From a virus (Duplodnaviria; Heunggongvirae; Uroviricota; Caudoviricetes): DNA of 6,346 nt. Location: the IMG/VR virus record IMGVR_UViG_2675903253_000005; one strand, written 5' to 3'. A program made the translations under genes and the position numbers. Below the pieces are notes generated by a model. The model was not told the origin of the DNA and made no database searches. It saw only the letters and a list, made by a program, of their open reading frames with translations. This document shows positions 1 through 6,346 of the stretch, piece after piece; position 1 is the stretch's first letter; each line of letters opens with the position of its first letter.

Positions 1-1
1 C

Positions 2-409
2 GCTGCAGAGTCCTCAAAAAGCGCGGCGGCTACCAGTGCCGGTGCGGCGAAAACGTTAGAAACGAATGCGGCAGCGTCACAACAATCAGCAGCCACTTCT
101 GCATCCACCGCGACCACGAAAGCGTCAGAAGCTGCCACCTCAGCCCGGGATGCGTCGGCTTCAAAAGAGGCGGCAAAATCATCAGAAACGAACGCATCAT
201 CAAGCGCCAGTAGCGCAGCTTCCTCGGCGACGGCGGCTGCAAATTCTGCGAAGGCGGCCAAAACGTCCGAGACGAACGCCAGGTCTTCTGAAACGGCAGC
301 GGGACAGAGTGCCTCAGCTGCGGCAGGCTCAAAAACAGCGGCTGCGTCGTCTGCCAGCGCCGCGTCAACAAGTGCCGGGCAGGCCTCAGCCAGTGCCACC
401 GCCGCCGGN
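2..409 (+). CDS. stf: Side tail fibre (Stf-like) internal fragment from the Ala/Ser/Thr-rich shaft; no start codon in window, 3' end broken at the ambiguous base 409
   Basis: Frame-2 translation [68 protein letters not shown]... is near-identical to 1028..1436 of copy B and 2101..2512 of copy C. The apparent stop at 428-430 lies beyond the junction and belongs to the upstream flank, not to this gene. Confidence 0.8.
409..409. other. Single ambiguous base (N) at the breakpoint between shaft sequence and the stf upstream flank
   Basis: Sequence ...gccgccgg-n-ccaggtaacacag: shaft homology ends at 408 and the upstream-flank sequence (also seen at 1484) begins at 410. Confidence 0.9.
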
Positions 410-431
410 CCAGGTAACACAGTGTTATGAC

Positions 432-458
432 AGCCCGCCGGTTCAGGCGGGCTTTTTT
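432..458 (+). terminator. Rho-independent terminator directly upstream of stf
   Basis: 8-bp perfect GC-rich stem agcccgcc (432-439) / ggcgggct (446-453), 6-nt loop ggttca, then a T6 tract (453-458). Confidence 0.75.
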
Positions 459-460
459 GT

Positions 461-466
461 GGGGTG
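461..466 (+). promoter_or_regulatory. Putative Shine-Dalgarno element for stf copy B
   Basis: ggggtga immediately upstream of ATG 470. Partial match to the extended SD (GGAGGTGA); spacing is short. Confidence 0.4.
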
Positions 467-469
467 AAT

Positions 470-1461
470 ATGGCAGTAAAGATTTCAGGTGTACTGAAAG
501 ACGGCACAGGAAAACCGGTACAGAACTGCACAATCCAGCTGAAAGCAAAACGTAACAGCACCACGGTGGTGGTGAACACGCTGGCCTCAGAAAATCCGGA
601 TGAAGCCGGGCGTTACAGCATGGACGTTGAGTACGGTCAGTACAGCGTTATTCTGTTGGTGGAAGGATTCCCGCCGTCACATGCCGGGACCATCACCGTG
701 TATGAAGATTCCCGACCCGGTACGCTGAATGATTTTCTCGGTGCCATGACGGAGGATGATGCCCGTCCGGAGGCACTGCGCCGTTTTGAGCTGATGGTGG
801 AAGAGGTGGCGCGTAACGCGTCCGCGGTGGCACAGAACACGGCAGCCGCGAAGAAATCAGCCAGCGATGCCAGCACATCAGCCCGTGAGGCGGCAACCCA
901 TGCGACTGATGCTGCAGATTCAGCACGTGCAGCCAGCACGTCAGCCGGACAGGCCGCTTCGTCGGCTCAGTCAGCGTCTTCCAGCGCAGGAACGGCATCA
1001 ACAAAGGCCACTGAAGCATCAAAAAGTGCTGCCGCTGCAGAGTCCTCAAAAAGCGCGGCGGCCACCAGTGCCGGTGCGGCGAAAACGTCAGAAACGAATG
1101 CTGCAGCGTCACAAAAATCAGCAGCCACTTCTGCATCCACTGCGACAACGAAAGCGTCAGAAGCCGCCACTTCAGCCAGAGATGCGGCGGCCTCCAAAGA
1201 GGCGGCAAAATCATCAGAAACGAACGCATCATCAAGCGCCAGTAGCGCAGCTTCCTCGGCGACGGCGGCTGCAAATTCTGCGAAGGCGGCCAAAACGTCC
1301 GAGACGAACGCCAGGTCTTCTGAAACGGCAGCGGGACAGAGTGCCTCAGCTGCGGCAGGCTCAAAAACAGCGGCTGCGTCGTCTGCCAGCGCCGCGTCAA
1401 CAAGTGCCGGGCAGGCCTCAGCCAGTGCCACCGCCGCCGGAAAATCGGCAGAAAGCGCCGC
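470..1461 (+). CDS. stf: Side tail fibre protein Stf, 5' portion (copy B); truncated by the N-run at 1462
   Basis: ATG 470 gives [36 protein letters not shown]..., which matches my recollection of the lambda Stf N-terminus. The ORF track starts at the in-frame GTG 464; ATG 470 is preferred. About 95% identical to the same region of copy C by eye. Confidence 0.85.
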
Positions 1462-1483
1462 NNNNNNNNNNNNNNNNNNNNNC
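1462..1483. other. 22-nt run of N (scaffold gap or masked junction)
   Basis: Literal n characters. Flanked on the left by shaft sequence (equivalent to copy C position 2541) and on the right by the stf upstream flank. Confidence 0.95.
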
Positions 1484-1504
1484 CAGGTAACACAGTGTTA
1501 TGAC

Positions 1505-1531
1505 AGCCCGCCGGTTCAGGCGGGCTTTTTT
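1505..1531 (+). terminator. Rho-independent terminator directly upstream of stf (second copy of 432..458)
   Basis: Identical hairpin agcccgcc/ggcgggct with loop ggttca and T6 tract, ending 12 nt before ATG 1543. Confidence 0.75.
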
Positions 1532-1533
1532 GT

Positions 1534-1539
1534 GGGGTG
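1534..1539 (+). promoter_or_regulatory. Putative Shine-Dalgarno element for stf copy C
   Basis: ggggtga upstream of ATG 1543; same sequence as 461..466. Confidence 0.4.
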
Positions 1540-1542
1540 AAT

Positions 1543-4500
1543 ATGGCAGTAAAGATTTCAGGTGTACTGAAAGACGGCACAGGAAAACCGGTACAGAACT
1601 GCACAATCCAGCTGAAAGCAAAACGTAACAGCACCACGGTGGTGGTGAACACGCTGGCCTCAGAAAATCCGGATGAAGCCGGGCGTTACAGCATGGACGT
1701 TGAGTACGGTCAGTACAGCGTTATTCTGTTGGTGGAAGGATTCCCGCCGTCACATGCCGGGACCATCACTGTGTATGAAGATTCCCGACCCGGTACGCTG
1801 AATGATTTTCTCGGTGCCATGACGGAGGATGATGCCCGTCCGGAGGCTCTGCGCCGTTTTGAACTGATGGTGGAAGAGGTGGCGCGTAACGCGTCCGCGG
1901 TGGCACAGAACACGGCAGCCGCGAAGAAGTCAGCCAGTGATGCCGGCACATCTGCCCGTGAGGCGGCAACCCATGCGACTGATGCTGCAGGCTCAGCGCG
2001 TGCAGCCAGCACGTCAGCCGGACAGGCCGCGACTTCGGCTCAGGAGGCGTCTTCCAGCGCAGGAACGGCATCAACAAAGGCCACTGAAGCATCAAAAAGT
2101 GCTGCCGCTGCAGAGTCCTCAAAAAGCGCGGCGGCCACCAGTGCCGGTGCGGCGAAAACGTCAGAAACGAATGCTGCAGCGTCACAAAAATCAGCAGCCA
2201 CTTCTGCATCCACTGCGACAACGAAAGCGTCAGAAGCCGCCACTTCAGCCAGAGATGCGGCGGCCTCCAAAGAGGCGGCAAAATCATCAGAAACGAACGC
2301 CTCCACAAGCGCCAGCAGTGCAGCCTCCTCGGCAACGGCGGCAGGAAATTCCGTGAAGGCGGCAAAAACGTCCGAGACGAATGCTAAGTCTTCTGAAACG
2401 GCAGCGGAACAGAGCGCCTCAGCTGCGGCAGACTCTGAGACAGCAGCTGCATCATCGGCCCGTGAGGCGTCCATTAAGGCAGAGGAGGCAGCAGTCAGTG
2501 CCACCGCCGCCGGAAAATCGGCAGAAAGCGCCGCATCATCCGCTTCAACAGCCACAACGAAGGCTGGCGAAGCCACTGAGCAGGCCACGGCAGCAGCGAG
2601 GTCAGCTTCCGCAGCGAAGACATCCGAAACGAACGCGAAAGCGTCGGAAACCCGTGCAGAATCCTCAAAAACGGCTGGCGCATCGTCCGCCAGTTCGGCG
2701 GCGTCATCGGCATCATCGGCGTCTGCTTCAAAAGATGAGGCGACCAGACAGGCGTCAGCAGCGAAGGGCAGCGCCACGACGGCATCCACGAAGGCGACAG
2801 AGGCTGCTGGTAGTGCGACGGCAGCAGCTCAGAGCAAAAGTACGGCGGAATCTGCAGCAACGCGCGCTGAGACAGCGGCAAAACGGGCAGAGGATATTGC
2901 ATCCGCCGTGGCGCTTGAGGATGCGAGCACGACGAAAAAGGGGATAGTACAGCTCAGTAGTGCGACTAACAGCACTTCCGAGTCACTGGCGGCAACGCCA
3001 AAAGCCGTTAAGGCCGCGTATGACCTGGCTAACGGGAAATACACCGCACAGGATGCAACGACAGCACAGAAAGGGATAATCCAGCTAAGCAGCGCGACCA
3101 ACAGCACGTCTGAAACGCTGGCGGCAACGCCAAAGGCAGTAAAAGCAGCCAATGACAATGCTGAGAAACGTCTGCAGAAAGATCAGAACGGTGCGGATAT
3201 CCCTGGCAAAGACACCTTTACGAAAAATATTGGTGCCTGCCGTGCCTTCGGTGGGTCAGTAAGCACAACAACAGGAAACTGGACGACTGCACAGTTTATC
3301 GAGTGGCTGGATTCTCAGGGAGCATTTAACCATCCATACTGGATGTGCAAGGGTTCCTGGTCTTATGGCAATAATAAAATCATTACTGATACTGGCTGCG
3401 GTAATATTCATCTCGCCGGAGCTGTCATTGAAGTAATGGGGATAAAGTCAGCGATGACGATCCGCATTACCACTCCGACCACATCCAGCGGTGGCGGAAC
3501 AACCAACGCCCAGTTTACCTATATTAATCACGGAACAGATTATTCACCTGGCTGGCGAAGGGACTATAACTCCAGAAATAAGCCAACGGCATCAGAGATC
3601 GGGGCGCTACCGTCAGGTGGAACAGCAGTATCATCAGTTAATCTGGCTTCAAAAGGTCGGGTAGCCGCGCTGACAGACAATACGCAGGGGGCAGCAGGTC
3701 TTGAGTTATACGAGGTGTATAACAACGGATATCCAACAGCGTATGGAAATATCATTCACCTGAAAGGGATGACAGCCGTTGGCGAAGGTGAGTTACTCAT
3801 CGGCTGGAGTGGTACAAGCGGTGCTCATGCTCCGGCATTTATTCGTTCACGACGGGATACGACCGACGCAAACTGGTCGCCGTGGGCGCAGCTTTACACC
3901 TCGGCTCATCCTCCTGCAGAGTTTTATCCAGTCGGTGCACCAATCCCGTGGCCATCAGATACCGTTCCGTCTGGTTATGCCCTGATGCAGGGGCAGACTT
4001 TTGACAAATCTGCTTACCCGAAACTTGCAGCCGCTTATCCGTCAGGCGTGATCCCTGATATGCGTGGCTGGACGATTAAGGGCAAGCCCGCCAGTGGTCG
4101 TGCCGTATTGTCTCAGGAACAGGATGGCATTAAATCGCACACCCACAGCGCCAGCGCATCCAGTACGGATTTGGGGACGAAAACCACATCGTCGTTTGAT
4201 TACGGCACTAAATCCACGAATAACACCGGGGCGCATACGCACAGTCTGAGCGGCTCTACAAGTTCAGCTGGGGCCCACCAACATAGTCAGACTGGGCCCA
4301 GAACGAATAGCGGGAGTCAACCTACTGGAATGTTTCCGGCAGGGAGTACTCAAGTTAGCGGGACTAATCAGGTTGGTATCAGTGGCTCATTAACCAGTGG
4401 CACCTCCCAATGGGTAGGTAAATCATCTTCAGAAGGAAACCATACACACTCACTGTCCGGCACAGCAGCATCTGCGGGTGCACACGCGCATACTGTCGGT

Positions 4501-4626
4501 ATTGGTGCTCATACGCACTCTGTTGCGATTGGTTCACATGGACACACCATCACCGTTAACGCTGCTGGTAACGCGGAAAACACCGTCAAAAACATCGCAT
4601 TTAACTATATTGTGAGGCTCGCATAA
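1543..4626 (+). CDS. stf: Side tail fibre protein Stf, full length (1027 codons): N-terminal tail-attachment region, Ala/Ser/Thr-rich shaft, two phage fibre repeats, receptor-binding domain, His-box (HxH) tip
   Basis: Uninterrupted ORF from ATG 1543 to TAA 4624-4626. N-terminus [20 protein letters not shown]... and C-terminus ...[29 protein letters not shown] match my recollection of lambda Stf. [23 protein letters not shown] fibre repeats are present. Seven HxH motifs lie in the C-terminal 140 residues. Confidence 0.9.
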   Translation: MAVKISGVLKDGTGKPVQNCTIQLKAKRNSTTVVVNTLASENPDEAGRYSMDVEYGQYSVILLVEGFPPSHAGTITVYEDSRPGTLNDFLGAMTEDDARPEALRRFELMVEEVARNASAVAQNTAAAKKSASDAGTSAREAATHATDAAGSARAASTSAGQAATSAQEASSSAGTASTKATEASKSAAAAESSKSAAATSAGAAKTSETNAAASQKSAATSASTATTKASEAATSARDAAASKEAAKSSETNASTSASSAASSATAAGNSVKAAKTSETNAKSSETAAEQSASAAADSETAAASSAREASIKAEEAAVSATAAGKSAESAASSASTATTKAGEATEQATAAARSASAAKTSETNAKASETRAESSKTAGASSASSAASSASSASASKDEATRQASAAKGSATTASTKATEAAGSATAAAQSKSTAESAATRAETAAKRAEDIASAVALEDASTTKKGIVQLSSATNSTSESLAATPKAVKAAYDLANGKYTAQDATTAQKGIIQLSSATNSTSETLAATPKAVKAANDNAEKRLQKDQNGADIPGKDTFTKNIGACRAFGGSVSTTTGNWTTAQFIEWLDSQGAFNHPYWMCKGSWSYGNNKIITDTGCGNIHLAGAVIEVMGIKSAMTIRITTPTTSSGGGTTNAQFTYINHGTDYSPGWRRDYNSRNKPTASEIGALPSGGTAVSSVNLASKGRVAALTDNTQGAAGLELYEVYNNGYPTAYGNIIHLKGMTAVGEGELLIGWSGTSGAHAPAFIRSRRDTTDANWSPWAQLYTSAHPPAEFYPVGAPIPWPSDTVPSGYALMQGQTFDKSAYPKLAAAYPSGVIPDMRGWTIKGKPASGRAVLSQEQDGIKSHTHSASASSTDLGTKTTSSFDYGTKSTNNTGAHTHSLSGSTSSAGAHQHSQTGPRTNSGSQPTGMFPAGSTQVSGTNQVGISGSLTSGTSQWVGKSSSEGNHTHSLSGTAASAGAHAHTVGIGAHTHSVAIGSHGHTITVNAAGNAENTVKNIAFNYIVRLA
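1900..2930 (+). repeat. Low-complexity Ala/Ser/Thr-rich shaft region with degenerate repeats (recurrent K(T/S)SETNA and SAAA/TSA motifs)
   Basis: The protein is dominated by A/S/T/K/E here. SETNA recurs at about 2161, 2287, 2371 and 2626. The GCN-rich codons create long spurious antisense ORFs. Confidence 0.7.
2938..3150 (+). repeat. Two tandem phage tail-fibre repeats within stf copy C (one 44-aa unit plus one core unit)
   Basis: [44 protein letters not shown] (2938..3069) followed by [29 protein letters not shown] (3070..3150). This is the conserved fibre-repeat motif shared by lambda Stf, P2 H and Mu S-type fibres. Confidence 0.8.
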
Positions 4627-4649
4627 TGGCATTCAGAATGAGTGAACAA
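4626..4649 (+). CDS. tfa: Tail fibre assembly protein Tfa, first 8 codons only (MAFRMSEQ), then broken at the ambiguous base 4650
   Basis: ATG 4626-4628 overlaps the stf stop (TAATG). MAFRMSEQ matches my recollection of the lambda Tfa N-terminus. After n4650 the sequence is mid-stf shaft, not tfa. Confidence 0.6.
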
Positions 4650-4650
4650 N
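4650..4650. other. Single ambiguous base (N) at the breakpoint between the tfa 5' end and mid-stf shaft sequence
   Basis: ...agtgaacaa-n-gggcagcgccacgacgg: tfa-like sequence ends at 4649, and from 4652 the sequence parallels copy C from 2767. Confidence 0.9.
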
Positions 4651-4651
4651 G

Positions 4652-6346
4652 GGCAGCGCCACGACGGCATCCACGAAGGCGACAGAGGCTGCTGGCAGTG
4701 CGGCAGCGGCAGCACAGAGCAAAAGTACGGCGGAATCCGCGGCAACGCGCGCCGAGACAGCAGCAAAACGGGCAGAGGATATTGCATCCGCCGTGGCGCT
4801 TGAGGATGCGAGCACGACGAAAAAGGGGATAGTACAGCTCAGTAGTGCGACTAACAGCACTTCCGAGTCACTGGCGGCAACGCCAAAAGCCGTTAAGGCC
4901 GCGTATGACCTGGCTAACGGGAAATACACCGCACAGGATGCAACGACAGCACAGAAAGGGATAGTTCAGCTCAGCAGTGCGACTAACAGCACTTCCGAGT
5001 CACAGGCGGCAACGCCAAAAGCCGTTAAGGCCGCGTATGACCTGGCTAACGGGAAATACACCGCACAGGACGCTACGACAGCACAAAAAGGAATTGTCCA
5101 GCTCAGTAGTGCAACCAACAGCACATCTGAAACGCTTGCTGCGACACCGAAAGCAGTGAAAGCAGCTAATGACAATGCGAATGGTCGGGTACCTTCTGCC
5201 CGTAAGGTGAATGGTAAGGCGCTTTCAGCGGATATAACACTGACGCCGAAAGATATTGGTACGCTTAACTCAACAACAATGTCATTCAGCGGTGGTGCTG
5301 GTTGGTTCAAATTAGCAACGGTAACCATGCCACAGGCGAGTTCTGTTGTTTCAATTACGTTGATTGGTGGCGCTGGATTTAACGTGGGGTCACCTCAACA
5401 GGCAGGTATATCTGAACTTGTTTTACGTGCAGGTAATGGTAATCCGAAGGGGATTACTGGTGCTTTATGGCAGCGCACATTGACAGGGTTTACAAATTTT
5501 GCCTGGGTTAATACATCTGGTGATACTTACGATATTTACGTTGCAATCGGAAATTATGCGACTGGTGTAAATATTCAATGGGATTATACCAGTAATGCCA
5601 GCGTGACGATTCATACGTCACCAGCATATTCTGCTAATAAGCCGGAAGGGTTAACGGACGGTACAGTTTATTCACTCTATACGCCATCAGAGCAGTTTTA
5701 TCCGCCTGGCGCACCAATCCCGTGGCCATCAGATACCGTTCCGTCTGGCTATGCCCTGATGCAGGGGCAGGCTTTTGACAAATCTGCATACCCGAAACTT
5801 GCAGCGGCTTATCCGTCAGGCGTGATCCCTGATATGCGTGGCTGGACGATTAAGGGCAAGCCCGCCAGTGGTCGTGCCGTATTGTCTCAGGAACAGGATG
5901 GCATTAAATCGCACACCCACAGCGCCAGCGCATCCAGTACGGATTTGGGGACGAAAACCACATCGTCGTTTGATTACGGCACTAAATCCACGAATAACAC
6001 TGGTGCGCATACCCATAGTTTAAGTGGCAGCACGAATGCAGCTGGTAATCACAGCCATAGAGATGGCCGTCGATTTAACCCCAGTGTTTTTAAAGATACT
6101 TATCAATATGGTTATACAAGCTCAGGTCAAAATACCTGGGGTGTACAAGGCTCAGTAGGTATGTCTACGGGGTGGTTAGCGAATACCAGTATAGATGGTA
6201 ATCATAGCCATTCACTGTCCGGCACAGCAGCATCTGCAGGTGCACACGCGCATACTGTCGGTATTGGTGCTCATACGCACTCCGTTGCGATTGGTTCACA
6301 TGGACACACCATCACCGTTAACGCTGCTGGTAACGCGGAAAACACC
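4652..6346 (+). CDS. Stf-like side tail fibre, 3' portion of a distinct allele (copy D): shaft end, three fibre repeats, alternative receptor-binding domain, His-box tip with alternative insert; partial at both ends
   Basis: Frame-2 open reading from 4652 to the window end with no stop. The first ~170 nt parallel copy C 2767..2937. Repeats [15 protein letters not shown]... occur three times. Region 5708..6031 is near-identical to copy C 3934..4257, and 6212..6346 to 4450..4584. Confidence 0.85.
4823..5167 (+). repeat. Three tandem phage tail-fibre repeats in copy D (two 44-aa units plus one core unit)
   Basis: Units begin at K codons 4823, 4955 and 5087. Sequences are [88 protein letters not shown] and [29 protein letters not shown]. 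Confidence 0.8.

Noticed and set aside
464-466. GTG at 464 (and 1537) used as the ORF start in the six-frame track
   Set aside because: The in-frame ATG two codons downstream (470, 1543) gives the N-terminus MAVKISG that matches lambda Stf and sits after the SD-like ggggtga. The GTG overlaps the SD itself.
66-467. Plus-strand alternative-frame ORFs (66..467, 867..1490, 1937..2356, 2381..2947, 4977..5159) with Arg/Pro/Gln-rich translations
   Set aside because: These are out-of-frame readings of the stf shaft. The in-frame translation matches lambda Stf, and the alternative frames give implausible highly basic proline-rich peptides.
1462-1483. Possibility that the N-run hides a short real feature such as an attachment site or small gene
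   Set aside because: This cannot be assessed from the sequence. The flanking sequences are both recognisable pieces of stf and its upstream flank, which points to a gap placeholder rather than masked content.
693-1652. Long minus-strand ORFs (693..1652, 967..1431, 637..939, 1766..2365, 2040..2789, 2495..2902, 2829..3158, 4633..4929, 4966..5328)
   Set aside because: All lie antisense to the strongly supported stf reading frames. They arise because GCN-rich Ala/Ser/Thr codons lack stop codons on the complement. Their translations are low-complexity Ala/Leu/Pro/Trp-rich, and none has an RBS or a recognisable product.
4042-4249. Paired small ORFs 4042..4242(-) and 4064..4249(+), duplicated at 5816..6016(-) and 5838..6023(+)
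   Set aside because: They sit inside the conserved tail-fibre block shared by copies C and D, so their duplication just reflects that block. They are out of frame or antisense to the tail fibre, with no independent signals.
4626-4832. 68-aa ORF starting at the tfa ATG
   Set aside because: Only the first 8 codons (MAFRMSEQ) are tfa. Beyond n4650 the ORF is an out-of-frame reading of the copy D shaft and is an artefact of the junction.
2938-5167. CRISPR-like array suggested by the repeated ~132-nt units
   Set aside because: The repeats are in-frame coding fibre repeats with no unique spacers and far longer than CRISPR direct repeats.
3934-6346. Diversity-generating retroelement (template/variable repeat pair targeting the tail-fibre tip)
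   Set aside because: The differences between the two conserved blocks are not adenine-specific; they include T->C, C->G and others. There is no reverse transcriptase gene in the window, and the divergent segment is an unrelated insert rather than a point-mutated copy.
4258-6346. Gin/Cin/Pin-type invertible tail-fibre segment (as in Mu G or P1 C)
   Set aside because: The alternative C-terminal region is in direct rather than inverted orientation. There are no flanking inverted crossover sites and no invertase gene in the window.

Overview
This window is a side-tail-fibre locus of a lambda-like enterobacterial phage or prophage, but it is not one contiguous gene arrangement. Read 5'->3' on the + strand it contains: (A) an internal Ala/Ser/Thr-rich shaft fragment of an stf-like gene (2..409); an ambiguous base at 409; a 60-nt upstream flank with a rho-independent terminator and RBS; (B) a 5' stf copy (470..1461) cut off by a 22-N run (1462..1483); the same upstream flank again; (C) a complete stf ORF (ATG 1543 to TAA 4626, 1027 codons) whose start and end match my recollection of phage lambda Stf; the first 8 codons of tfa (4626..4649) overlapping the stf stop; an ambiguous base at 4650; and (D) a second stf-like 3' fragment (4652..6346, runs off the window) that re-enters mid-shaft, has three fibre repeats instead of two, and a different receptor-binding domain and tip insert. 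All three breakpoints coincide with N characters, so the linear order is most likely a scaffolding or collapsed-repeat artefact from several related tail-fibre alleles, though a real tandem arrangement cannot be excluded from sequence alone. Genuine biology that is visible: mosaic tail fibres with conserved HxH His boxes flanking a swapped tip cassette, fibre-repeat copy-number variation, and a terminator abutting the stf start. I see no RNA genes, CRISPR array, integrase, reverse transcriptase or invertase. All minus-strand ORFs in the track look like antisense artefacts.
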